Shown piece by piece: positions 25,733 through 36,387 of a DNA stretch of 64,000 nucleotides. The DNA is from Azolla caroliniana. Taxonomy: Eukaryota; Plantae; Polypodiophyta. The DNA lies in contig JBHGNT010000002.1 in assembly GCA_043228905.1 (NCBI GenBank), positions 7,626,001 through 7,690,000 of the forward strand. Direction: 5' to 3'. The position numbers and the translations under genes are program-made. The notes beneath the pieces were generated by a model. The model was not told the DNA's origin. It worked only from the letters and a program-made list of their open reading frames with translations, and made no database searches. Every line of letters begins with the position of its first letter. Positions within the stretch are counted from its first letter, which is position 1.

Positions 25733-27150
25733 CTATCTCTCCTTCGAGAACGCTGAGTGGAAGTCGGCATTAACATTGTTGGGCCGGGCTTGTTTGGATA
25801 GTGACGATGGAAGTCGTTGACCAGAGCTTCAGCATTACAAACGTTATCGATGGGTTCCCAAGTGTGATCACTCGGAGGATTACCAAGCCAATCAACTAGA
25901 TAATAAAGCTTATTGCGCACAATCTTAGAATCGAGAATAGCAGCTACCTCGTATTCGGGGCCATCCACAAGTTGTACAGAAGGCGGTGGTGGCACGACAC
26001 GATCAGGAATTAAAGAGGTGTGGCAAGGTTCCAAAAGAGAGCTATGAAAGACAGGGTGAAGCCGCATATGTGCAAGAAGGTTAAGACGAAATGTTGCATC
26101 ATTAATCTGCGCCGTGATGACAAAAGGACCTAAGTGTTGATAGTCAAGCTTAGCACATGGTCGGGTAGTCTTGATGTGACGACGAAGCAACCATACACGG
26201 TCACCAACCTTAAACGGAGACTTAAGACGATGTCGATCGGCATTGCTCTTATGGTGTGCTTGCGCTTTCTGACGATGTGACGATAACTCGAACTGGATTT
26301 GTTGTAGTCGGTGGAGGTGATGCGCCGCACTAGGGTTTCGTGACACCTCGGGAAGATCCAGTATACACCATCGAGGGTGGTTGCCGGTGTAGGCAAAGAA
26401 AGGTGTAACTTTGGTAGAAGAGTGGACCATGTTGTTGTATGCAAATTCAGCAAGATGTAAAATTTTACTCCAATCATCTTGTTGATAACTAATGAAACAT
26501 CGAAGATATTGCTCGAGCGTTTGATTTGTGCGCTCTGTTTGTCCGTCAATTTGTGGATGATAAACTGAAGAGAGTTTGCAAGAGATTTTGAGGCCTACCC
26601 ATAGGTGCTTCCAAAAGTGTGAGATAAATTGAGGACCTCGATCGCTAATAATATCATTCGGGAGACCATGATGGCGAAACACTTCACGCATAATGAGATC
26701 TGCAGTTTCTTCACTATTGATGGTCTTTACACATGGTACAAAATGTGCCATCTTGGTGAACCGATCCACTACTGTTAAAATAGTATCAAAGCCTTTGGAA
26801 GGTGGCAGATCCGTAATGAAATCCATAGAAATAGATTGCCATGGCTTGTTGGGAGGGGGTAATGGTTGTAGTAAGCCATAAGGGTGATGCCGGGGTATTT
26901 TGGCACGACAGCAGGTGTCACAAGTGCGAACATAATCTTCGACAAATTTTTGCAAGTGAGGCCACCAAAACGAACGTTTCACCAGCTCAATGGTCTTGGA
27001 AATACCAAAATGTCCAGCCATGGGGGCATCATGACAATGTTCCAACACTTGAAGTCGGGGTGATCCGTCGGGGACGCAAAGGAGATTCTTGTAGAAGAGT
27101 AAACCATCTTGCCACTTGAAGTCCTGATAATGTTGAGATGACCCTGGCAA
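25717..27150 (-). CDS. G2 pol: integrase and C-terminal chromodomain
   Basis: HHCC zinc finger, SMDFITDLP, SDRGPQF, DGQTER, GPF motif, YEVAAILDSK...YLVDW...TWEP. The stop lies inside the 3' LTR. Confidence 0.92.
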   Translation of the reverse strand: MPGSSQHYQDFKWQDGLLFYKNLLCVPDGSPRLQVLEHCHDAPMAGHFGISKTIELVKRSFWWPHLQKFVEDYVRTCDTCCRAKIPRHHPYGLLQPLPPPNKPWQSISMDFITDLPPSKGFDTILTVVDRFTKMAHFVPCVKTINSEETADLIMREVFRHHGLPNDIISDRGPQFISHFWKHLWVGLKISCKLSSVYHPQIDGQTERTNQTLEQYLRCFISYQQDDWSKILHLAEFAYNNMVHSSTKVTPFFAYTGNHPRWCILDLPEVSRNPSAAHHLHRLQQIQFELSSHRQKAQAHHKSNADRHRLKSPFKVGDRVWLLRRHIKTTRPCAKLDYQHLGPFVITAQINDATFRLNLLAHMRLHPVFHSSLLEPCHTSLIPDRVVPPPPSVQLVDGPEYEVAAILDSKIVRNKLYYLVDWLGNPPSDHTWEPIDNVCNAEALVNDFHRHYPNKPGPTMLMPTSTQRSRRRDSAMNT

Positions 27151-27507
27151 TGTGGAGCAAGATGGACGACTTGAACCACAATGGGCTAAGACATCCTTAG
27201 CAAAATCATCCGAATGAAGTTGTTGCCGAATAGTGTCAAGAAGGGTAGAATCAAGTGGTGTGGCATAAATTGTTGTTACCTGTAGCTTTGATGGCCCGAG
27301 GAGAGTTTGCTTTTGATTGTCAAAGGCCGGATCTCCAGGTCGAAGTGCTAGATACGAACGCCGAGACAGAGCATCTGCTTTCCCTTGTTGTTTTCCAGGG
27401 CGAAAAATGATCTTGAAATCGAAACGCGTTAGAAATTGGGCCCACCGAGCTTGTCGTCTATTTAATACTCGAGCTGTTTGAAAATATGTGAGATTTTTGT
27501 GATCACT

Positions 27508-29346
27508 TTAAATGATAATCTGATGAGGTGATCCTTCTAGAAAATGACGCCATTGCTCGAATGAGTCAACCACAGCTAGTAACTCCTTGTCATGCACCTC
27601 ATAGTTTATCTCCGAAACAGTAAACTTTCTCGAGTGAAACGCGACTGGATGTATCTGCCCGTCCTCGCCTGGTTGCGATAGGATACTCCCCAATGCAAAG
27701 TCTGATGCATCCGCCTCAATAGTAAATGGCTTTTCAGGATCAATATGTGCTAGGATGGGTGCTGATGTGAATGCCTCTTTTAGCTGCGTAAAATCCTTGT
27801 CCGCTTCGATACTCCAAAAAAATGCTTGATTTTTCTTGGTGAGTTGAGTAAGGGGCAACACAATGCTTGAATAATTATGTATGAATTTGCGATAGAAGTT
27901 CGCAAATTCGAGGAAACACTGGACATCCCGAACTGAGCATGGGGGTTTCCATTCCAATATTGTTTGAACTTTTGCCGGGTCCATGAAAACACCCTGGGAT
28001 GAAATAGTGTATCCCAAAAATTCGACTTGTTTGCAATCAAAACTGCATTTCTCAAGTTTGACGTAAAGACCATACTTCCTTAGGCGTTCAAGTACTTGCC
28101 GCACATGTATATCATGCTCCCCCTGTGTTTTAGAGTAAATCAATAGATCATCTAGGTAGATGATTAGAAAAATATCCAAGAAATCCCGGAAGATGTCATT
28201 TGCCATATGTTGGAATACGGCAGGTGCATTTGTGAGCCCGAAAGGCATGACTGTATACTTGAAATGACCATACTGAGTACGAAATGTTGTTTTCCACTCA
28301 TCTCCCGGCCGAATTCGAACAAGATTATATGCACCCCTTAGATCAATTTTGGTAAAATGCTTTGCCCCACCAATGCGTTCTAAGAGATTGGAGATTAAAG
28401 GTAAAGCATACCTATTCCTTATGGTGACTTTATTTAAGCCTCGATAGTCCACGACCAAACGAAGGGAGCCGTCCTTTTTCTTCACAAAAAAGATAGGAGC
28501 ACCAGCTGGAGACTTTGAATGTCGAATAAACCCATGTGCAAGATTTTCCTCGATGTATTCTCGAAGAACCTCAAGCTCAGTGGGTGATAAATTGTAAATC
28601 GGACCCCACGGAGGCTCTTTTCCTGGTTGGAGATCAATAGGACAGTCGTACGGCCGATGCTTTGGAAGAACACTAGCTTTGACTTTGTCGAAAACATTAG
28701 CATAGTCTTGATATTTTTTGGGAATTTGGATGTCTGAATTCCCTTGAGTGACACTAGAAGGTGTCATTGATACTGCAAATAAGAAAAGGTCCTCCTTGCC
28801 TCCCATTTGGTGCAATTGTTGCAATGTGATGGCTGAAATTTGATGAGAAGGATATGGTGCATCGGTAGAACTATATACTTTGGGAGGATAATCCCGAGTT
28901 CGATCCTTGACAATGATATTTTCTGCTAAAGAGCACCTAATTTCTCGCTTCCTCCAATCGATTCTAGGGTTATGTAGCTCGAACCATGGCAAACCGAGGA
29001 CAATTGGATGCTCAGGACTACGGATTATGTTAAAGGAAACTACACATCCTAAATCACCCAAGAGTATGTGTATTGGCTCAGACTCTTCAAATATCTTCCC
29101 GGAAGCTATGGGGCGTCCATCAATCACTAGTACGGAAACTGGACAAGGAAGTGTATGCAAGGATATTTGGTGTTTTTGGGCAAAATCTCTATCCATGAAA
29201 CAAGAATTGGCTCCAGTATCTAAGAGGGCTTGGACTTGAAGTTGACAACTGGGTGTCCTAACTTGTACTAGGGCTGAGAAGACTCTACTAACATGCTTGG
29301 AAGAAATGGAACCCACACTAGGTTGTACATATCTAGGGTTGTCCAA
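27508..29346 (-). CDS. G2 pol: protease, RT and RNase H; ends at a premature stop
   Basis: LLDTGA, KIDLRGAY, YLDD, EADASDFALG, YEVHDKELLA. Confidence 0.9.
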   Translation of the reverse strand: MDNPRYVQPSVGSISSKHVSRVFSALVQVRTPSCQLQVQALLDTGANSCFMDRDFAQKHQISLHTLPCPVSVLVIDGRPIASGKIFEESEPIHILLGDLGCVVSFNIIRSPEHPIVLGLPWFELHNPRIDWRKREIRCSLAENIIVKDRTRDYPPKVYSSTDAPYPSHQISAITLQQLHQMGGKEDLFLFAVSMTPSSVTQGNSDIQIPKKYQDYANVFDKVKASVLPKHRPYDCPIDLQPGKEPPWGPIYNLSPTELEVLREYIEENLAHGFIRHSKSPAGAPIFFVKKKDGSLRLVVDYRGLNKVTIRNRYALPLISNLLERIGGAKHFTKIDLRGAYNLVRIRPGDEWKTTFRTQYGHFKYTVMPFGLTNAPAVFQHMANDIFRDFLDIFLIIYLDDLLIYSKTQGEHDIHVRQVLERLRKYGLYVKLEKCSFDCKQVEFLGYTISSQGVFMDPAKVQTILEWKPPCSVRDVQCFLEFANFYRKFIHNYSSIVLPLTQLTKKNQAFFWSIEADKDFTQLKEAFTSAPILAHIDPEKPFTIEADASDFALGSILSQPGEDGQIHPVAFHSRKFTVSEINYEVHDKELLAVVDSFEQWRHFLEGSPHQIII

Positions 29347-29372
29347 CCAAATGGCTCCTATTTTGGCCGGAC

Positions 29373-30536
29373 TTATTCGTTTGACTCCTCTTCTAATTGG
29401 CTTAGGACTTCAAATTTATTGGACAAGGGTGGTTTATTCATAATATTAGATTCACTAACTACTTCTAAAATGTTGGACTCATTTTTATTGTCATAGTGAA
29501 TTTGATTTACCTGACGTCTCGGCCTACGGGAGCAATGAATGGCTATATGTCCTGGACCTCCACAATATAAGCACAGATGGTTTTCTCGATGACGTTGCTT
29601 CTCTTCGTCTGACAACGGTCCTCGTCGTTGAGTCATATCGATCTCCATGGGTGTAGGACTATCCATTGGGACTGGACTACGTGTTTGCCTTGGAGTTGGA
29701 GCAGGGCTATACATTTGCCTTGGGGATGATTGCGCCGTTACTGATGCATAAGTTGGTGTGAATCTAGATCTTGTTATTTGTTGTTGTCGCTCTCATCGAC
29801 GCTCAAAAAGGCGATTATCACACCGTATTGCTCGACTAATAGCTTCTGTAAGTGACCTTGGATCCTCGGGGAAGGTAAGAAGTAAGTCTTTGACATCACT
29901 ACGAAGGCCTGAACGGAATTGCTCCATTAGGGCTTGTTCATCCCAAGGAATATTGCTTGCGATGAGACGAAAATTGGCAGCATATGTTGAAGCTGGTTGA
30001 TCACCTTGACGAAGTGTACGAATCTTGTTGATAGCTGTTCTCGCCCCATCAGTATCTCCGAAACAAGCCTTAAATTCCTTGATAAATTCCTCGAAATTAT
30101 TCAGTAGAGGAGAATTGGTTTCTAGCAATGGAGCAAACCACGACAACGCTATGCCAGTCAATAAAGTGCCCACTAGCCCGACTCGTGATGCGTCTGTTGG
30201 ATAACGTGCGGGATGCATTTGAATCACCAACCGTACTTGATTCAAAAAACCTCGGAAATGCGCCCTCGACCCATCAAATTTAGATGGGAGGCTAATTTTG
30301 GGCTCCTTGATAAGTCCCTGACCTTCAACCCTTTGTTGTTGTAACACGACGATTGTCGACTCTAACTGTTGCACTCGTCGCGTGAACTCCTCTTGTTGTT
30401 GTTGCTTCTCTATAGTAACCTTTTGTAGATCCCCAAGTAGACGTTGATTCTCTACTTCAAGAGATGCGAACTTGGATTTAAGGTTCTCCATTTCTGCAAC
30501 AAGGGTGAGATATTCTTCTGAGTTAATGGCAGCCAT
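29373..30536 (-). pseudogene. G2 gag with an internal stop near 29793
   Basis: MAAINSEEY coiled coil, PSKFDGSR, CLYCGGPGH zinc knuckle. Confidence 0.88.
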
Positions 30537-30561
30537 GGTTTTAGGATGGTTACAAAGGAGG

Positions 30562-30563
<2 letters not shown>

Positions 30564-30614
<51 letters not shown>
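30564..30614. repeat. (GA)n microsatellite in the G2 5' UTR
   Basis: Seen directly. Confidence 0.9.
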
Positions 30615-30619
<5 letters not shown>

Positions 30620-30628
30620 GAATCAAAC

Positions 30629-31037
30629 TGTCAGAACCAAGGATAAAAGATAGAGTGATGGAAGAAGGATAGAGAAGAATGGATGTATAAGATAGAGAAA
30701 GAAAGAGAATGGATACAAGATATGTAATGAGAGCTAAAGACTGGTGTTGATTCGAATTGATTTGAGAATACATGTATGCGCTTATTTATAGGTTCCTATA
30801 GAATAGCTTAGAGATTTCTAGAATGTTCTAGAATGTTCTAGACCTAGAATGCTCTAGGACATTCTAGAACATTCTAGAATAATCTAGAGTTTTTACAATA
30901 ATCAATGTAATACAAGAAGTAGCTTTTATTGTTTGATATAACAATAAGCTATCTTAATGGTTGAGGTTTTCAAGTATGAATTACAAGGTTCAAGGTTCAA
31001 GTCCGGGTGATGCCATAATGGTCATGTGTTCATGACA
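30629..31037 (-). repeat. 5' LTR of G2
   Basis: Direct repeat of 25324-25732; TGTCA...TGACA termini. Confidence 0.95.
30783..30879 (-). promoter_or_regulatory. G2 LTR promoter: heat-shock element arrays and TATA box
   Basis: TTCtaGAAtgTTCtaGAAtgTTC at 30816-30838, TTCtaGAAcaTTCtaGAA at 30862-30879, and TATAAATA on the minus strand at 30783-30790. Confidence 0.75.
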
Positions 31038-31419
31038 TCTTGATACCTAAGTCTTACAAGTTTCCTAAACACGAAGACTCTATTCAAAGCATTTTTGGTC
31101 TGAAACATACTCTCGATTTTTCTCCATAACTCGTTTGCTTTGGTTTCATCACCAAAATTGTTATATAGACTCATGACTATGAAACATCAGATGTCTGCAG
31201 ATGTCTTTAGATGCATGGCATCCCAAGTTAATGTATCTATGTTCTCGGGTTTGCTCATACCATGTAATACGGGCAACCACAAGTCCTTGCATACTAGCAT
31301 GTCCCTCATTTTGGACTTCCAAATGGAGTAGTTGGGTTCGGTCAACTTAATCATCCCGCCTAATGACTCATCCATATTCCAAATTTGCGGAGGGTATGAA
31401 CCTCGGCTCTGATACCACT

Positions 31420-32166
31420 TGTTAGGAATATGGATCCGAATCGGAATGATTTGGATTGCCAACTCAATCAAGAAAAATTAAACAATAGATGAAACCACAA
31501 GACAGAAAATGAGAGTACACCAGAAATTTTGACGTGGAAAACCCAAAATAGGGAAAAACCACGGAACCCCTTTGGGTTCAAAACAATTTCACTATTTTTC
31601 TTAGTACAAACGAATACAACCTCTCTAGCTTTGACTAGAGGGATGTATAAGCTAAGATAGTAGCCTTTATTACAATTCCTCACCCAACTGGGTGGATAGA
31701 AAAACTAACAAAAATGGAAACAAGAAAAAACATGAAACAAAGAAACTTGATGCAAAGTAGACAGGATAGTTGTTGTTCAATTGTGGTTCTTTGATAGCAC
31801 AAACAACCCCTCGTAGGTCTCTCTCTCCACTTTTGCACTTTGGTAGAGCACTCGTCCTCTTGCTCTCACTCTTTCGTTCTCTGTTTTTCTCTCACTTTGT
31901 TTTCTGTTTTTCTGTGTTAAAAACAGGTCACACACTCTCTGTTTTTCTTTTCTCTGTTTTTCTCTTTTTTTGTCTTCTTGTAGTCCAACGTCTATATCTG
32001 TGTTCACACACACAAAAGACACACACCTAAAAGAAAACATACAAAAAGAAAAAGGCATACATATAAATACAACTAATTATAACTTTTCTTATCATTTGCC
32101 CTAAGCCTGTTCGGCTTTTAGCCGACTCAATGTTGTGGGCTCCACTTGAGTGGGCAAGCCCCAACA
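31420..32166 (-). repeat. 5' LTR of copia D
   Basis: TG...CA termini next to the PBS; the partner LTR is absent. Confidence 0.75.
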
Positions 32167-33992
32167 ATTTCTTCTTTTAGCTGGTCTTGCCCATAGCTAC
32201 CATACTTTTCATCCTCCTCTGGTCTAGCACTCCTCTTCTGCTACATCAAACATTGTCAGCCCCATAATGTGGACACATGGTGAATTGTGAAAGAAATTAT
32301 AGCAGTTTGACCACCGCCATCATTTCATTCGTCGTCCTGCTTGTCGGATTCCAGGTGACTGTTCTCATGTATGCCTACCATGTCACTACCCTCTAGTAAT
32401 TCCACGACTATCATACCTAAGAATAAACAACCTTAATATCATCAAATTTAATGTACAAAATACTTGGTACCATCCATGCTTCTGTTAGTTTCTAATGCAT
32501 GACCATACATAATTTTGGATGGTTCAGATTTTGCATAATTAAATTGTATGATATCAGAATTTTATATCTATGAATGATTGAGATCAATACTTATCCATTG
32601 CTATTGTCTAATAACCATTTTTGTCTAACTTTTGTAATCAAAACTTATATCTAGGAATGTTGGATTTAGGTAGGACGCATGCTTTATGATCTTGATACAT
32701 TATATTCTTAGTATTATGTTGCTTTTGTATAACATCATCAATATTTAGCGTAAACATCATGCTTGCAACAACACATTCTGTTAAATTAATGCATCCATAA
32801 ATTCAAATCGACATTGTTTTATACATAACATTAATAGTGGGCACGTCTAATTTTAGCTGAATTGAGATTGTTATTTGTAAAAACAGGTATTGGATTGCAT
32901 TCAGATTTAGTTTGTGTGATTCCGAACTGAATTAGAGATCAGGCTTTTGTTTGTATATCTAATTGGAATGAATTGGATTATGGTTTAGATTGAATAAGAA
33001 CGAGTTGACTAGATTCAGGATTTGTGCCTTTAATGTAGAATAAATTAGATTAAGAATTTGTTTAAAGTTCGAAGAACCCACATTATATTGTTTGCATACC
33101 CACAACCCCAAATTGGATTAAGTTGTATAGGATTCGATTAAACCCCAAATTGGAATATTGGATTGGATTAGGTCAACAAATTGATAAATGTAAAGCCATC
33201 AGAGATACCTATTCATTGTGAGCCATAGTAGGCACCCTTCGCCTCTCACATGTGCAGGGTATAAGGCTATGGATGACGCGATGGTCAACAAAATTCCTTT
33301 GTGATTAGAAAATTAGTGAAAAGGCACTTTATTTGAAGCTCTCAAATTCCCTTTAATGTTTCCTTCATGAGGGGGGAGGGATCGCATACATATATATATG
33401 TAATGATATATCGATACAAAATGATAAACTCATGGAGTTAAGCCACAAAGCTTCCACTAACAACAATACAATTAAAGTGGTTGGATCATAGTTTTCTATG
33501 GAGATTAGATATAGAAACATAGAATTAAGGACAAGCTAAGGAGGAGGAGGAAGGAGGAGCGATGGTGGAAGGTTTTGGAAAATTTTGGTGGTTACTTACT
33601 AAAATGGCATTGAGGTGAGAAAATTGGCTCTCAAATCCAAAGTTAGGGCTACTATTCTAACAACTCGCGAGTAAGGTAAGGCAATTACGATAGAAAAAAA
33701 AGAGATTCACATGGTTTGGAAAAGGTACCCACTTGTGACCCGTATAGGACACACGACACTTCAAAAATATATGCTCACATTCTTAAGATACTCATTCATA
33801 TAATTTTTTTAAGGGAAAAGTACTCGGATACCCCTGGAGGTTCGTCTATTTACCAGAATGCCCCTGGAAGTTCCAAATTTACCAAACTACCCCTATGTCC
33901 AAAAAAATACACTTTCTAAAGTAATTATACACTCAAATCCACAAGCCCTATTTACCAGAATACCCTTCAAAAACAAATTTCTTTTTACCATA

Positions 33993-34070
33993 CCCCCCCC
34001 CCCCCCCCCCCCTCTCATTATGTATGTATGTATGTATGTATGTATGTGTATGTGTGTGTGTATATATACA
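33993..34070. repeat. Poly-C tract and (TATG)n/(TG)n microsatellite
   Basis: Seen directly. Confidence 0.85.
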
Positions 34071-34079
34071 TAGAGAGAA

Positions 34080-35094
34080 ACATAGTAGTAGTCATTTGTA
34101 GAGGCAATTGATACGAGCTCAGTTGCTGATAGCCATAGCCGATTCAACTTATGCTTCCTATCAACGATGAGCACGCTCGCAAAATCCTCTAACGATATAC
34201 TATGATTACTTGCATGGTTTCCCCCATCATTAATCTGTAGAACTAACCCTAGCTTTGCTTGTATCACGAGAAGAACATAATCAATTATACTAGATTGCAA
34301 ATTAGGCAATGAGCAATAATTACAGGCTGAAGAGTTGAATCATGAATGAATCACTTGTGTTTTACCTGGGCCAAGGTGGACAATTCATCGACTCCGAAGA
34401 AATTGGCGGCATGGATGAGCTCGAGGAAGATATGGATACCATAGTGCACAACAAAGTAACTGTAATTGTAATTAACATTGTAGGTCATTGGATTAGCAGT
34501 GGCAGGTGGTAGATTGTAGTGATGGGGCAGTGCGGGGCCTAGTATTTCAGTAGAGGATGGATCGATGATCAATTGGCCAATGTAGAGGAAGCGAATCAAA
34601 GCAACAAATGCATTGTATGAGACTATATTGATGGGAATGACATCTATGTCCCCATGGATTTGAGCTGCGCCGGCCTCCCAGTTACTCAATATGCCTGTTG
34701 GAGAATTGCTAGCGGGGCTCCCAACGGTAGAGGAAGAAACAATCTGGTTCTAGCCCTGAAGATTAGACTGTTGTTGGTGAGGGTAGCATTGGCTCACAAA
34801 GATGCTACTTGCATAGTGATTCTGGGAGGCGGGTGGGGAATGAGATTCAGGTGGATGAAAGGAGGAGGCAGGCAAATCGCAAGATTCGGAGGAGGAAGAA
34901 GAAGCAAAAGAGGAAGAGGAGGAGAAGATGAGGCGGAAGAAGGGGCTGCAAGCCGACAGGATGCAACGGTGGGCGTAGATGAGGGCATTAATCCAGCCGT
35001 CTATGCAGAAGGCAATGTCAGTGAATCGGTCAGGGCCATAGTCCAGAAGGGTGAGGTAATCTAAAGATAAGCTCCTCAGGCTACTACTCAGCAT
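34080..35094 (-). pseudogene. BOP: BLADE-ON-PETIOLE/NPR-family BTB/POZ gene, truncated, likely a pseudogene
   Basis: SLRSLSLDYLTLL..FTDIAF..AHRCILSACSPFFR; VIPINIVSYNAF..FLYIGQ; AANFFGVDELSTLAQ|GT at the BOP intron position; SLEDFASVL..RKHKLNRLW. In-frame TAG at 34750-34752, doubtful splice acceptor, no ankyrin repeats. Confidence 0.8.
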
Positions 35095-35310
35095 GAATGG
35101 GCCACCTCCATTGACTTCTATATATATGTATGCTCTCACTCACTCTCACACACAGACACAAATAGATGGATGGATAATTAGGGTAGACAGGTAGAAAGAT
35201 TAGTGATTGTAATGGTAATGGTCACTAACTACAACTATGTTTAACCTTTTTCTTCTTCTTCTTCTTCTGCTGCTGTTGCACTCCATGTTTGTAATCAATT
35301 CACTCCTTCC

Positions 35311-35344
<34 letters not shown>

Positions 35345-35960
35345 AAATAATGTTTAGAAGGTTGGCCAAATCAAGGTGGGAGAGTGTTCTGCAAAGTGTT
35401 TGGAAAGACATTCTTTAAGAGACTTATTGAATTGTTCCTTCAATTTATTTATCAACCTCAAAATGGTTTTATTGCAAACTTTAAATATATTGCATAATGT
35501 ATTGAATGTTCAAATAACTATGGATTGTGCTCCACATATATACATCAACAAATGATTTTGGTGCTATTAGATTTGGAAACAACATATGATTATGTTAATT
35601 GGTCTCATTTTCTCCAGAGTGATGTATAATATGAGGTTTGGTACTCATATATGTCAACTTATTATTTTGCTAGGCTGAAATCAAACATCTTGTGGGATAC
35701 TTAGTGGTGGAGTTACTCCCAAATTTTCTCTTAATAGATCGATGAAGCAAGAATGGCTGCTAGAGTCTAACTAATTAATTAAGCATAATGTAAACAATTA
35801 TAGACCAAACCATCTTAGTACCCCCTAGCAACAGGGTGAGACAAACCATGGTTGTAACATACGTAGCATACCGTACGCGTACAATATGTATGTTACGTAT
35901 TTTATAAGTATTCTAATTTTTTTTTATAAGTTCTTAGAATACATAATTAAAGGTAAAATA

Positions 35961-36387
35961 CAACTCCAGTGCCTGTTACAGAAAACAATGCATAAAATCC
36001 AGAAATCCATCAAGAAAGAAAAGGCAAAACAGGGAAAATATCCATGACTTGGTTGGGTATTTTACAGAATACCCCTTTAATTTTCAAATGATACAAAACA
36101 GAAACCCCCTATATACTTCTCTACAAGTGTCTGGTTTGGTAAGCTTTAAAGACTTGGCAGTATTCTGGTAAATACACATCTAGTTAAATTCTATTGTTTT
36201 ACCCTAAACAAAATGGGCACTACTTTTGTTTCACAATGAATAATGAATAATGAGTAAGATAAATACCAGAAAGACTAAATTTTCTAGTTAATGTTTTGTC
36301 CTTAGCCTTAAGCAGTCCATTGGAATCATGCTCAAAGTCGCAACGCCCCAGAATGAGACAAGTTCCCCACAAGAGTGTTAAAAGCAT
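35961..36387 (-). pseudogene. Duplicated NCL fragment (part of exon 2, intron 2 and the start of exon 3)
   Basis: Near-identical copy of 19041-19466 in the same orientation. Confidence 0.93.

Larger units (their letters stand above)
25324..31037 (-). mobile_element. Ty3/gypsy chromovirus G2 (Tcn1-like), full length, 5714 bp
   Basis: 409-bp LTRs at 25324-25732 and 30629-31037 with about 5 transitions between them; TSD TCTTG at 25319-25323 and 31038-31042; order gag-PR-RT-RH-IN-chromodomain. Confidence 0.97.
22985..32166 (-). mobile_element. Ty1/copia element D (Tnt1/Tork-like), 3'-truncated, with gypsy G2 inserted in gag
   Basis: 5' LTR 31420-32166 (TGTTGG...CTAACA); iMet PBS 31406-31417; gag MDESLGGMIKLTEPNY; PR-IN ORF 23419-24750; RT breaks off near 22985. 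Confidence 0.9.

Noticed and set aside
29793-30773. 326-aa ORF with a hydrophobic N-terminal extension (env-like or signal peptide)
   Set aside because: The extension is translated LTR and (CT)n microsatellite. Gag starts at 30536 by comparison with G0 and G1.
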